A DNA stretch of 64,000 nucleotides from NCBI GenBank assembly GCA_032718475.1, contig JAUCBJ010008930.1:1-64000 (forward strand). The letters are read 5' to 3'. Below, piece by piece: positions 44,501 to 57,799 of this stretch (position 1 is the stretch's first letter; each line of letters opens with the position of its first letter). A program made the position numbers and the translations under genes. The stretch comes from Nemertoderma westbladi. Lineage: Eukaryota > Animalia > Xenacoelomorpha. Below the pieces are notes generated by a model. That model was not told the DNA's origin, did no database searches, and saw only the letters and a list, made by a program, of their open reading frames with translations.

Positions 44501-46057
44501 ACAACGGGATTAAACCCGGAAGTCGCGGAATACATACCGGCGGGTAGGCCAGAAGCTGATAGGCCTATACCGGTACCAGTACAACAGTACGACTACAGCA
44601 TGCAGGGACATAACATATACCCAGGGGAGGGGGGAATTATTGCGGATAGGTGCATGGGCCCCAATATATTAACATCAACCCCAGTACCAAACATACCGGT
44701 GGGGGGGGGGGGACAGGGTGACATTCCCCCATCACAATATCAACAATATACCCCGATAGGAGCAAGAACAACGAGACCCTTGGATGAGAATAAGTCGTGT
44801 GACACAGAAATATGGAGGGGGCCGCTACCCCCGATGACATACCCAAGTCAGAGAAGATCGAGAAATAGGACGGACGAACCGCACCAGACAGGAGAAACTA
44901 TACAGCACCCGTCGAATCCATTGGAAGCGCAGGCGATGGGGATGGCCACGTTGATCGATGCGTTGAAAACGAGGATCGAGCTACCACCCGTGGAACCATT
45001 CAAATTCGATGGGAGTAGGCCGGAAGAATATCTACAGTTTCGGCGCATGTATAGTAACGAAATACTAACAAAAAACTTGACGCAGGCGGAGTGCCTAAAG
45101 TATCTACAAGTGTACACGGGAGGCCCAGCATACGACATCGTGAGGCAATATCAAGGAATAGAGGGCGGCTTCACGACAGCATGGCGGGCACTGGATAGGG
45201 AATACGGGCACCCGGCCAAGATCATCAGGCAGACGCTGAGGGGCATAACATCGGGTGGCCTGCAGGATAATCCCGTTAGCATTAAGACGTTCGCTAACAA
45301 AGTCGAAAAGGCGCTGATCGTGCTGAAGACGCTAGACGCGCCATACGAGCTCAATGCGTCCAATAACATCACCACGATAGCGCAGGCACTACCGAGTTGG
45401 ATGCGCAACAAGTGGAGGAAAATTGCTTTCTCCACTCGAGACAAGAAGGGTGCGGAACCGGGTTTAGAAGAAATGTCAAACTTCTTAAACTACGAGGCTG
45501 AGCTAATAACTGACCCAGTCTATAGCGAAGATAGCCTGGGAAAGGGACCGAAGATAGATTATCATAGACCGAAACCAGAGCACAATACATCAAACGCATT
45601 ACCGAGACTCAGGCAATCATTGCCATATGCAGCGACGCAGGGGACTGCAAGTCCACAGCTAGCCGAAGATGAGACCACACCATGGAACGGACAGGGGAAC
45701 AATAACAGCACGAATAAACATAACCCCAGTACGTCCAGTAGGCTGAATCCAAACAATAAGAATAGTAGGGACTTTGGTACGAATGCAACTGCGATACGCA
45801 ATGCACTGTATAAAGAGGGCTACGACCCAAAGAGCAAATGCCAGTTACACGCAAATGCGCTTCATAAAACCATGAACTGCAGGTACTGGCAGGCGCTACC
45901 TAGGCAAGATCAGATAGATTATGCGTTCAGCAATAAAATCTGCTCGCGATGTGTAATGAGTGGACATAGAGCAAGGGAGTGCAAGGAGAAGCCAATGAAA
46001 TTTGGTCAAAGGAGAGGCCAAACGATGGCGACGAGCACAGTAGGGGCGAAGAAGTGA
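41505..46057 (+). pseudogene. BEL/Pao gag, split by a frameshift in a G-run near 43060
   Basis: ORFs 41505-43091 and 43157-46057; the duplicate copy reads open through the same (shorter) G-run. DUF1759-like KFDGSRPEEYLQF..LKYLQVYTGGPA; knuckles CQLHANALHKTMNC and CSRCVMSGHRAREC; 39-bp EGLVGHVVGRQGA repeats. Confidence 0.85.
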
Positions 46058-46666
46058 GGAACGGTGCTACTTGGAGTAGTACCAGTACGAGTGATCGGGG
46101 AAGGCAATCGATCAGTAACAACACTAATGCTGGTTGATAGTGGAGCTGCCTTCACATTAGTTGAGGAATGGGTGGCCGAAGAAATAGGATTGAGAACGAG
46201 GCCAAGCAGAATGGCGGTAACAACCATCTCTAGCAAAGATGAGATCCTAGAGATGAGGACAGGACGGTGCGCAATTGCAGCAGTGGCACCAGGATGCGAC
46301 TATGGGGCAACCATCGACCCCATTCAAGTGATAGAGTCAATTAATATCAATGCCAGGCGGCCAACCAACATCGAGGTCGAGCAGTATAAATTCCTGGACA
46401 ACATTGACTTCTCAATCCCAGACGTGGACGTTAGAAAGGTATCCATCATAGTAGGTATGGACTGCCCAACGGCCCACGAAAGAATGCAAACGGTCTTCGG
46501 CGAAGACAAGCAGAGTGACCCGGTGGCCATATTAACACCATTCGGGTGGACGCTGAGTGGTCCAATCAAGAGCAAGATACCATTTAGGATGTCGGAGACA
46601 TCAGGATGCATGTTCGCGGGAACAATGCAGGAAATGAGTGTTAGAGGTAGCAGAGAGGGCACATAG
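46058..46666 (+). CDS. BEL/Pao aspartic protease, in frame with gag after a single TGA
   Basis: VLLGVVPVRV..MLVDSGAAFTLV..IIVGMD..PVAILTPFGWTLSGP; ends in a non-coding repeat block. Confidence 0.85.
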   Translation, partial: GTVLLGVVPVRVIGEGNRSVTTLMLVDSGAAFTLVEEWVAEEIGLRTRPSRMAVTTISSKDEILEMRTGRCAIAAVAPGCDYGATIDPIQVIESININARRPTNIEVEQYKFLDNIDFSIPDVDVRKVSIIVGMDCPTAHERMQTVFGEDKQSDPVAILTPFGWTLSGPIKSKIPFRMSETSGCMFAGTMQEMSVRGSREGT

Positions 46667-47006
46667 GGTGCCAGAGAGTAGAATAGTAGAAGGGCACATA
46701 GGGTGCCAGGTAGTAGAGTTAGAGAGGTAGTTGAGTAGTAGAGGGGCACATAGGGTGCCAGATAGTAGAGTGGTTGTGGGCACCGCAAGCGCCACGTAGT
46801 TAGAAGAGTGGGTAGAGTTAGGGAGTTCTAGTTAAAGGGCTAGAGAGTTGGTAGACTTAGATGAGTCAAGTAGAGTTAGTAGAAGTAGAGAGTTAGTAGG
46901 AGTTAGCTAGACTTAGTAGAGAGTTAGAGTCAGTAGAAAGTTAGATGCTCTCAGTTAGAGCTAGAAGTAGTAAGAGTTAGTAGTTAGCAGAGTTAGTTAG
47001 ATAGTT

Positions 47007-49990
47007 AGTAACTAAAACCAACCGCTGCCCTAGCTAGCCAAACCATCAGCCACCAATCACCAGTGAGATGAGTCAATCGGGCGAGACACCGACGCGGACC
47101 CCGGACGAAGACCAAACGATCCGTGAGGCCGCAACCAGGCGATATAGACCCACGACGCCGGAGCCATCGATAACGGGCGAACCGGAAGTTCAAGACGAGG
47201 GGAGCCTGGAACAAGAGGTCGAGCCAAGAGGAAGGGAGAGCGAGACGGAGGGAGACGGAGATGAGTCGACACGGGACGGAGATCGGCGCACCGATGTCGC
47301 CGGCCAGCTACAGGCCGAGGGCGACGAGCGGCCCACCGAAACGGCGACGGTGGGGCCGACGGTGCGACGCCGGACGCGAAGAGACGGAGGAGACATCGGT
47401 ACCGATGTCGCCGGCCAGCTACAGGCCGAGGGCGACGGACGGCCCACCGGAACGGCGACGGTGGAGCCGCCGGTACGACGTCGAACCCGAGGGACGGAGG
47501 AGAGGTCGGCGACGAGGACGTCGGGGTTTCAGAGCGACTTCGACGGGCCTACAACGCGACCCGGAAGCTAATAAAGGACGCCAAGAAGGAAGGGGCGAAG
47601 GTAGACGAGGTGAGACTGAGAAAGCGACTAGGTGAGTCGGATAGACACTTTAATTACCTAATACGTTTTGGGCAGAGAGAACTAGCCGAGGGGAGAGCAA
47701 AAGGGGTTGCCGGCGAACTGTTTGAACTATGGGAGTGTGGGAGTATGGAACCTAGCGTAGCGCCAGTGTACATAGGGCCATACTTGGTCGATGCCCGGGG
47801 AGTAAAATTAGTGGGTTGGAGGGGACCCGAGGGGGGCGAATCCGAGGTTAACCCCGAGGATTCGGCCTCGTCGGTCGGAGAAAGTTCCGGGAAGCGGGGG
47901 AAAGTTAGTAGGTCGGGAAGGCGGAGGGGGTCCGTCGTAACCGATAAGTCTGCTACATCCTCCGCGAAAGAAAGAGTGGTGAGAGAGATAGGTGCCGCAT
48001 ACCGTCTCAACATGGCAGAGCAAGGTCAGAGGGAAATGGAGGAACGGTTAGAGGAGGGGAGAGTGCGGTTAGAGAGGGAAGCGGCATTGATTAGAGAAAC
48101 CGGAGAGAGGGCCGAAAGGGCTTTGAGAATCCTTAGGGAGTGTGAGGAAATAGAGGAAAAGGAGTGTAGGGAGCGTGAGGCGGAACGCAAGGAATATGAG
48201 GCAAGAGAGGAAAGGGAACGCAAGGAGCGTGAGGCAAGGGAGGAAAGGGAACGCAAAGAGCGTGAGGCGGAACGCAAGGAACATGAGGCGAGAAGGGAAA
48301 AGGAACGCAAGGAGTGCGAGGTGAGACGAAGGGAGAGCGCTAGGAGTGTAGCAGAGTCGGCCGCCCGGGACACCCAGGAGTGTGAGAGGAGAATGGCAGA
48401 GGCTGAACGAGAGCACAAGGAATTAAAGAGACGCCAGAGTGAGCTTGCGGAACATAGGATTAGACGGGCGCACGAGCTGCAACTGGTGCGAGCGTCGCCG
48501 TCTGAAAGCGGGGCCGGCTCGAGTATTTTTGGGGAGCCGGGGGCCGTAGATACATTTATTAATACCCCACTGACAGGGACCGCGCGACAGACCCAAAACT
48601 GGTGTGACCGTACGGGCGGGGGGGGTAACGACAATAATGATACAGTAGACGTTGTTAATGTTGATAGTACCGTATGGGACAACTCTAATCAAACCTTTAT
48701 TGCAGGAAATACTTTGCCTAGTGGTAGTAATTTAAATTTAAATCAGAACAATCCTAATATTAATGTAGAAAATAATTCTAATATTAATGTAATTACGCAA
48801 AATAATTCAAATAATCAAAATAATAACCCAAATTCGAACCTACAAAATAATTTAAATAACGCGATTACGCAAAATAATCCAAATAATTTAAATAATGATC
48901 CAAGCCCGAATTTACAAAATAATTCAGATAGCGTAGTCGCGCAGAATAATACAAATGATTTCGTTCCAAGCGAGCAAATCAATTCTGTTTCCAATATGGG
49001 TGCTATTAACGTAAACACGTCGGACGTGTATAGCCAGGCAGATGAGGGCCTGGTAGGCCACGTAGTTGGTAGGCAGGGAGCAGAGGGCCTGGTAGGCCAT
49101 GTAGTTGGTAGGCAGGGAGCAGAGGGCCTGGTAGGCCATGTAGTTGGTAGGCAGGGAGTAGAGGGCCTGGAAGGCCACGCAATAGCAGGAGGAGAAGCGG
49201 GGGTGAATAGACCCGACCGCGGTAGGGTTGATGTGTCGACTAGAGAGGTATATAGTAGCGGGGTGAGAGGTAGCGAAGTAAAATGTAGCGAGTGGGGGGG
49301 GGGGGGCTACAAGGGCCCCACAACGGAAAGTTAGCGGCGAGTGGGGGGGGGGGCTACGAGGGCCCCACAACAGAGCGTTAGTGGCGAGAGGGGGGGGGGG
49401 GCAGAGAGTGTCCCACAGCCGTCAGCGGACAATGCGCGGGCCGAAATAGGTAAACCGCAACAACCGGCGACGGAAAGTGATAGGGGGATTGCGGATATCC
49501 CCAGCGGCGTGCGACCGAGCAGAGAGAGACGGGTTGACGTCGCGAGAGGGCGGACGAAGCGTCGAGCCTGATCAGAGGAAGGAAGAAGAACAGTGGGGTT
49601 TAACCGGGAGGTCGACGAGAGATCTCACGAGCGGGAATATTCCACTGATAGGAGAAGAAAGGAAGACAGTGGTAGAAGTATCGCCGCGAACGATAGAAGA
49701 GCGAGGACGGATAGCGAGCCGTCGGTAGTCGAGATGAGAACGGAGAGTCAGTGGGGTCGGACTCCGGGAGATTGCCGTCGCCCCGGAGAGATGCGACCCG
49801 GCGAGGCGCACTACGCGCCGAGAGAGGGGTACGCGATGTACCGGTACGAAGATGAGAACAGTAGAGAGGGGGGTCGAAGAGAAACTTTCCGACGGAATAT
49901 ACCTACCGATCGAGAATACGGTAGCCGCGGGGAGGATTATTCGAGAAGAATAAACTTCGATCCCGAACAACACATGCAGACTGTAGGACA
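47007..49990 (+). repeat. Internal ~3-kb duplicate of 41444-44430 (leader + 5' gag)
   Basis: Near-identical sequence; 1-bp deletion near 47489, different G-run lengths, CGA>TGA at ~49569. Confidence 0.95.
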
Positions 49991-52390
49991 GTAGCCCTTA
50001 GTTGGATGCTATCTTCTCACCGGGAAGATAGCATGGGGGGGGAGTGTTAGCTTATCCAATTCCGCTAACATCCCATAAAGTTATAAGCCGATAAGCAATA
50101 TTGGGAGCCGCGAGATTGGGTAATAACCAACTCGTGCCATCCCAATAAGAGTGGGAAGGAAGCACACAATAAAGGGTCAGGGGCCAAACCCCTAACCCAG
50201 AGAGAACAGATGGAGTGAACGGGAACACTCCACGGGGTGCCAACAAGGGTATCAACCAATCAGAGGGGGGCAAGGCATCGATTAGGTAGTAATTGGGCCA
50301 ACCGTGCAATATAACCAGTAACCCGATATCAGTAATTCAGTTATCTCAGTGCAGTAGTGCTAGCATAGGTTAATTAGTTTAGATAGGGGAGCACGGGACT
50401 TTTAGTTAACGTATCCCGCCTTCCATATACTATACAATATATCTATATCTTATACCTTTATTATTATACACCGAACTTCAGAACTCATTTTACTTTCATT
50501 CACTCTTTATACACGGCGGGGACGCGTGAACTAAATACCGGATAAATCGGGATCCCTCCTGGATCCCGTCACAATGTGGACTGTATGACAGCTAAACGAG
50601 GTTAAATGATGCGTAATAGCAACATAATTGTACAGTAAATATAACTGTTAGTATATGAAGCAATTTTCAAAAAAAATGTAAAAAAAAATGTGTTTGAAGT
50701 CCCAACGCACTTTAAATGGAACATTTCACTTTGCTGCTGTATTAAACATTGTTAAATAAAAATTTGAAAGCTAAAACTGATAAAATGATTAACATCCAGG
50801 CCAACAGGAAAGCTAATTTTCGAAAATGTTTGACCATCCCACATCTAATAATTTTAAGATTCAAAAAGACACCTAAATTTTTCAAAAATGGCACTTTTCA
50901 ACAGGCAATTTCCAGTTTTGAAATTGATAGAATTTGGTCAAGTAAAGTGTTATTATGTGAGGAAACTTGCAATTTACTCATATAAAAAAAAATCACTTTT
51001 TTTTCAAAGCAGCAGCCGCCCATGTCTCTCCATATACCATGTTCAATTTAAGGTGCAATGGGCGTTAAACGGTTAAGGCTCAACTGGACTTACATGGGTA
51101 TCGTTATCGATCGCCCCACATGTCTAACGGAACATTCATCATACATAGAAATAAGCACTAAAGCAAAGTAATACACGTTCGTGTGGCCTTCGCGCAGCAC
51201 GAGAGCCTATATTAGAAAGTACATTATACTAATCTCTATTAGATATACGAAAACTGTCTTTCCTAAAATATATATGAGTGAAGGCGATGCTATCAGTTTG
51301 TGATCAACTAGTAAAAACAAAAATCCATTTCAGTTTGCCCTTACACACTTAAACTGTCATTTGTAAACCTTCTAACTAGTGCTATTTAAGAAAAGTATGA
51401 CATTTTTAGTTTTACAATACTCTTCTCCTTCATTAGCCTCGTTGCGCTCGTCGTGTTTTGTCTTAAAATAATTTTCCTAAACGGAGACTAACGACCATTA
51501 TAACTGCTGATTTATGGCAGATAGATTCTCATGTTCACTGTAAACTCGTTGCGTTCGTTCGTTTTTGACCAAACTTGAGATTCTTTCTAAACTTTTGCCG
51601 GACTACATACGTACCTACGTATACGTATACATACTACATAAGTTTCGTTTAATTTCATCAATGAATAACCGAGTTATTAGCGATCAAAAATTTACATCGA
51701 CGACGACGACAGACAACTCGTTAATCGCACCCATATGCTAAGGCTCACTTCGTGGCTCGCCCCACAAACTAGGGTAGTTGTTACTCATTAATAAATTAAT
51801 TGGCAACAAATAATGGCAAAACTATTTGCAAAGAAAATGAAGAATTAAGATTATTGCATCATCATGTTCTATGTACAGTATACAACACGTTGTGGGGTCT
51901 TCGAGCAGCACGTGTTCAAATGTTCAATGACTGAGCAGCGACTAATTAACAAATTTATGAGAGATTCATTGACCAGCTACAGAAAGACCAATATTGTGAC
52001 ATATATTTTAGTTTATTGTTTGATTCAATTAAAGGCACAAATTAAAAAGGCTACAAATATATAGGGGTGAATAATTAAATTAGTCACCCATTAGGCCTAA
52101 AAGGTAGCCAAATAAAAGTTGCAATCTATATAAATTTTTAAATTCAGTAGTGTGCGTGTGTTGTGTATTGATTCCGTAGATTTCATGTTGAAATAGCGTT
52201 CATTAATTTAATTTCTATTTAATTATTCAGGCATACTAATACCCACTTTAAATTAGTTCGTGTGTGTTAAGTGTGTAAGATTTTATTGTTTCGTCACGAA
52301 ACCATTAGGGCACAGAAACTGACGGATTCTTCGCGAATTTCGCAAACGTCGCAAACTTCGGGAATTTTTTCTACAATTTTGACTCCTTAA

Positions 52391-53835
52391 CCCTTTCACT
52401 ACTATGGCATAACAGTTAGGTCACACCTACTGTACTATGGCCTAGGTGTTATGCCACGAAGTACTAGGAGCTCTATGGCCACCTAAACATGTCAGTCTGA
52501 TAGCTGACACACCCATTACATGTTCAGTACTCTTCCTCATAACAAAATTAAGTGGTAATTTCAAATTTTAATTGGTTGTTTTGGTTTTTGGTAGGGCTGT
52601 AGAGCAGTAAGTATAATGGAATATAAAGGCCTGCTGGTACTGGTAATAAAATGTCTGTCAGTCTGTCTGTCAAAAAATAAGGAAGCATATTATCTAATAA
52701 AAACATTCGCCATGGGGGTTTTCCAGGTAGCTGATCTCATTTCTGATGTCAGTTTTTACGACTGACCAACTCTAGGCTGTCTGTGTCTGTATGTATGTCT
52801 GTTTGTCTGTCAGTCAAAAAATACGGAAGCATATTATGTAATGAAAACATTCGCCATGGGGGTTTTCCAGGTCTCTGATTTCATTTCTGATGTCAGTTTT
52901 TACGACTGACCAACTCTAGGCTGTCCGTGTCTGTATGTATGTCTGTATGTCTGTTTGTCTGTCAGTCAAAAAATACGGAAGCATATTATGTAATGAAAAC
53001 ATTCGCCATGGGGGTTTTCCAGGTCTCTGATTTCATTTCTGATGTCAGTTTTTACGACTGACCAACTCTAGGCTGTCTGTGTCTGTATGTATGTCTGTAT
53101 ATCTGTTTGTCTGTCTGTCAGTCTGTCTGTCAAAAAATAAGTGGGGGTTTTCCAGGTCCAGACTGATAGACAAACAGACATACATACAGACACAGACAGC
53201 CTAGATTTGGTCAGTCGTAAAAACTGACATCAGAAATGAAATCAGAGACCTCGAAACCCCCATAGCGAATGTTTTTATTACATAATATGCTTCCTTATTT
53301 TTTGACAAACAGACTGACAGAGAAACATACATACATACAGACACACTCAGCCTAGAGTTGGTCAGTCGTAAAAACTGACATCAGAAATGAAATCAGAGAC
53401 CTAGAAAACCCCCATAGCGAATGTTTTTATTACATAATATGCTTCCTTATTTTTTGACAAACAGACTGACAGACAAACATACATACATACAGACACAGTC
53501 AGCCTAGAGTTTGTCAGTCGTAAAAAAGGGCATCAGAAATGAAATCAGAGACCTAGAAAACCCCATAGCGAATGTTTTTATTACATAATATGCTACCTTA
53601 TTTTTTGACAGACAGACTGACAGACAAACAGACATACATACAGACACAGACAGCCTAGAGTTGGTCAGTCGTAAAAACTGACATCAGAAATGAAATCACC
53701 AACCCTTAAAACCCCCAAAGCGAGAATGTTAGTAGATTTAATTCTTTCTTAAGTCTTGACAGACAAACTGACAGAAAGACCGACAGACATCAGTACGTGG
53801 GGAACACATACAATCTTGAATCAGTAGTGAAAGGG
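52391..53835. mobile_element. piggyBac-like MITE with internal ~125-150-bp repeats arranged head-to-head
   Basis: TTAA-CCCTTTCACTACT ... AGTAGTGAAAGGG-TTAA. Repeat ttctgatgtcagtttttacgac x3, then inverted copies gtcgtaaaaactgacatcagaa after ~53158. Confidence 0.85.
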
Positions 53836-53839
53836 TTAA

Positions 53840-54226
53840 GCAAATAGGTCCCGAATGAGTTTTTTAACCTTTATTTTTTTGTGATTTTGAGTGCTTTTTT
53901 ATATTATTAGTAAATGTTCTAGAACCTTAGTAGATTTTTTAATGGTATAATGCTAGTATTTTTTACTAGCTAGTAATTTTTGGAAATTATTTTGGTCATT
54001 AATATATTCTTCAACAGTTTAACCTGAAATATCATGGACTTTCACATTTTTTATAATTTCTAAAAATACTAGCTAGCAAAAAAAACACTACCGGTAGCTA
54101 TCATAAAAAACATATCTACTAATGTTCTAGAACTTTCACCAATACCAAAAAAATTAAAAAAACTCTACAAAAGGATTGGTGAAAAATGGCTGGGGTGTCG
54201 ACAGGGCGAAGTAGGGACCGTGTTGC
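53840..54226. mobile_element. Small TTAA-flanked MITE
   Basis: TTAA-gcaaataggtccc ... gggaccgtgttgc-TTAA, with internal inverted segments. Confidence 0.6.
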
Positions 54227-54230
54227 TTAA

Positions 54231-55415
54231 CCCCTTAGAGCCTATGACCTCCAGTGCATGTCAACATGGACAACACTAAGACGTGCAGTGGACGCCATGC
54301 TGCAATACATGTTTTATTGGAAGGCTCTTGGTCTAGGTATACTGGTGGACAGTATTAAAGACATTTAGTGCTCTTCATGGGAAAAAATCCATTCTGTACT
54401 GTAGATAGGCTGTATTGTAGACTGTACTATCAATGTTAGGTATATGGCGTAATGCCAACCACAGTACAGTAGTACAGACTGACAGTAAGACCGACAGACA
54501 GACAGACTAGATTTATGTAAACGTGTAAACTGACATCAGAAATAAAATCAGCAACCCTTAAAACCCCTATAGCGGGAATGTTGGTTAGTTAGTATACTTT
54601 CTTAAGTTTTGACAGACTGACTGACAGAAAGACCGACAGCCAGACGGACTAGATTTATTAAACGTGAAAACTGACATCTGAAATGAAATCAGCACCCATT
54701 AAAATCCCCATAACGAGAATGTTAGTTAGTTTGTATTCTTTTTTAAGTTTTGACAGACTGACTGACTGACAAAAAGACCGACAGACCGACAAACAGACAG
54801 ACTAGATTTATGTAAACCTGAAAACTGACATCAGAAATGAAATCAGCACCCCTTAAAACCCCCATAGCGAGAATGTTAGTTAATTTGAATTATTTTTTAC
54901 ACTTTAAATTTTTTATAATTTTTTATTTTGACAGACTGACTAACAGAATGACCGACAGACAGACAGACTAGATTTATTTAAACGTGAAAACTGACATCAG
55001 AAATGCAATCAGCCCCCCGCTAGCGAGAATGTTAGCGACAAGTTCTAATTATTAACCATATTTCGTAAGATATATTTTAAAACATTATTTATTAATAATG
55101 CAATAACTGAATAACCAGATAACGGAAAGATAAACCGAATTGAAACTTTTAAATACTAATAATAATTGTGGTGAGAGGTGATTGGAAATCAAGGATATAT
55201 GTTATGTTATGGTAGGCACAGGCAAATGAATTGATGTCTGTTGAGATGTATTGAAGGAGCACTATTCCTTCTGCAAGACTACTACAGTTATGTCCTTGTG
55301 TGCTAGCCTAGGCACTGGCTTGGTCAATGACTTTAGCTTGCCATGTTAATAATGTACAACTTCAAGAAATATTATTGGGCACGGCTGCCCTTGCCATGCC
55401 TTAGGCTCTATGGGG
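54231..55415. mobile_element. piggyBac-like MITE related to 52391-53835
   Basis: TTAA-CCCCTTAGAGCCTA ... TAGGCTCTATGGGG (right TTAA absent); same aaaactgacatcagaaatgaaatcagc internal repeat. Confidence 0.55.
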
Positions 55416-55710
55416 GAGAATGGAATCAGCGTATGAATTTACAATGTTAATTATGTTTAAATCAATGAAAAATACCTTTATTAACGCAAATCACTTGAAA
55501 AAATAAAAAACTATAATGGAATGGGGTACATGGATTCCAGATATCTAATTTCTGTGCAAAATAACTTTAATCGTATGGTGCTAAATAATTAATTTCCATG
55601 GAGAGACCGTTCAAAATGACTCAACCATACAATTTAGTTGAAGATATTAATTTAGATTATGGCTTCCGACATTTATGGCTTCCGACACACACACAGACTT
55701 TTGAAAAACG

Positions 55711-56078
55711 GCCATAGTATAATTATATCAGTTCGCGGATGGCTCGCCATTCGTGTCTCGCCCCACATTAAATACAACACCATGCTTACTTATTTTTCAC
55801 CTCTTACATATTTTTCACCTATCAGATTTACACATTTTGCACATGGACTGTACCTCTGCAGTGTCTGGCGGAATCCACAGCAACGGAACCGACAGCCATA
55901 GTATAATTATATCAGTTCGCGGATGGCTCGCCATTCGTGTCTCGCCCCACATTAAATACAACACCATGCTTACTTATTTTTCACCTCTTACATATTTTTC
56001 ACCTATCAGATTTACACATTTTGCACATGGACTGTACCTCTGCAGTGTCTGGCGGAATCCACAGCAACGGAACCGACA
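55711..56078. repeat. 184-bp tandem duplication
   Basis: gccatagtataattatatcagttcgcgg at 55711 and 55895; identical units. Confidence 0.95.
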
Positions 56079-56648
56079 TTTGGTAACAAGACTCTCGGCA
56101 CATGGTTTTCCTTATAAAGTCTGTGATAATTCAAAGCCATTCCACCCAATCACAAAGGACTGTAGTTCCAAATACTGCAATGATGTATCTATAAATAGAT
56201 ACCATGTTCTTACTGCATTGCAAAAAATGTCCGTCTGTCGTCCAGCTTGGTGCCAAATCAGTTTAAGTTTAATTCACATTTTTTATAAACAGGTTCACTT
56301 TTTTATGTTTTGTTGTTTACACCAAATTTTAGATGACATTGTTTCAATTTACAGTATGCATACGTTATATATTTTATTAATATAATAAATTTACTCCTCT
56401 CGGAGTGTATATATTTAAAAAAAGTGGTAGGTATAAATGAACATTTCATTTTTAGATTAAGCCCTCTAGCGGGAGAACATTGAACTAATCTCGAGTAGGT
56501 CTACTTAAATAATGAATGCCTCTGTCCCTCCATCCATCCCCATTTGCCCCCCAATACAGTTACAGTGTTACATTGAGTGCTATGAGTTAACTCCAATATC
56601 ACCCATCTATATGACCAGAGACTGTTCACCTTCTTATACTGATTGCAG

Positions 56649-56843
56649 TACGGGATTGCAGAACACTGGAAGGACCACGACCCAACTGGAACTGCGTCTT
56701 CCCATTCACCGACAATGGAAATGAGTACACCAACTGCGCTATTGAACCTAAAACCCAGCCATGGTGTGCAACTCAAGTAGAAAGCGGTGGGAATTTCATA
56801 TCCAGTTCAGGGCATTGGGGTTTCTGTTCTAATCAATGTGAAG
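56649..56843 (+). CDS. Fibronectin type II domain exon (phase 1-1), missed by the ORF track
   Basis: Acceptor ttgcag; RDCRTLEGPRPNWNCVFPFTDNGNEYTNCAIEPKTQPWCATQVESGGNFISSSGHWGFCSNQCE; donor gttggt; 195 bp. Confidence 0.88.
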
Positions 56844-57799
56844 GTTGGTGGGTTTATTTAATACAGTACAACACATAATGATACAGCAGTACCCATGTCA
56901 ATGTCTGACCCTGTCAACCCTGACAGGGTATTGCCTTTTTTAATGACATGGTTTTCTGGTCGCAGAATTCATTTCGAGTGCTAGTTTTAACATTTTCAGG
57001 ACTTTCAAATTGTCTGTTTGGCTTTTAGTCTGTCGGTTATATTATGACGGACAGACTGACAGGCATACAGACAAAAATGACGATTTTGAATAATGACATC
57101 AGAAATGAAATCCGGACCCCAAAAACCCATATAGGAAATTTTTTTGACAGATAAGTATGCTTTTTATTGACGGACAGACATAATGACGGACAGACCGACA
57201 GTCAAACGGATAGTCAGTCATATCTCGAGAAGGACGGACCAGTGCAGTAACCTGATACACATAATAAATAAACAATAACAACAATAAAAATATAATATAA
57301 AGCGATAACTTACTGAATCCATCGTTACATATATCACAAGACGACTGTCAATTCTTAAACATATCTTTTTGACTAGATTCACAATTACCTTCGGACGTCA
57401 TGGCAGCGCAAGTTATCATGTTGTCTTCATCTTCACTACAAGCTGATAAATATTATATAAAATATTATAAATAAATAAATGAATAATATTATAAATTTAT
57501 AAAAAATAAATAACATTATAGGTTGTGGCAACCATACATAAGCCATGGCCTTACTAGTAACAACTATTAACTCTTAACAACATTGCCAAATGAATGGCCT
57601 AGTTGTATCAGAAATAACTAATTAATGTGCACAATGCATTCAAATATGCACAGTAACAATATACAAACAAAAGTAAATAAAAGACGAGGCTTACATTACC
57701 GTCTGAATGAATATGAATATCTCTTTATTTTTTCCACATTAAGGTAATAGATGAAATAAAAGCAAAAAAAACAAAGCTATGCCAAAGCAATACCCTGTC

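Larger units (their letters stand above)
40916..50573 (+). mobile_element. Non-autonomous, rearranged BEL/Pao LTR element (gag + protease + partial gag duplicate; no RT/RH/IN)
   Basis: 529-bp TG..CA LTRs (40916-41444, 50045-50573) differing at 3 positions by eye; exact TSD ATGTG (40911-40915, 50574-50578); PPT ggggggggag at 50035-50044. Confidence 0.95.
36316..51072. mobile_element. TTAA-type MITE split by ~14 kb of nested insertions
   Basis: Perfect 14-bp TIR ccgtttaacgccca / tgggcgttaaacgg with TTAA on both sides. Subterminal inverted repeat atgttccatttaaggtgcgttggg (36448) vs cccaacgcactttaaatggaacat (50701). Confidence 0.7.

Noticed and set aside
51430-51775. Helitron/Helentron-associated element (short palindromes, tacata microsatellite, CTAG end)
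   Set aside because: Suggestive only; boundaries could not be defined.
55659-56385. 210-aa and 80-aa ORFs
   Set aside because: By-products of the 184-bp duplication; no recognisable protein features.
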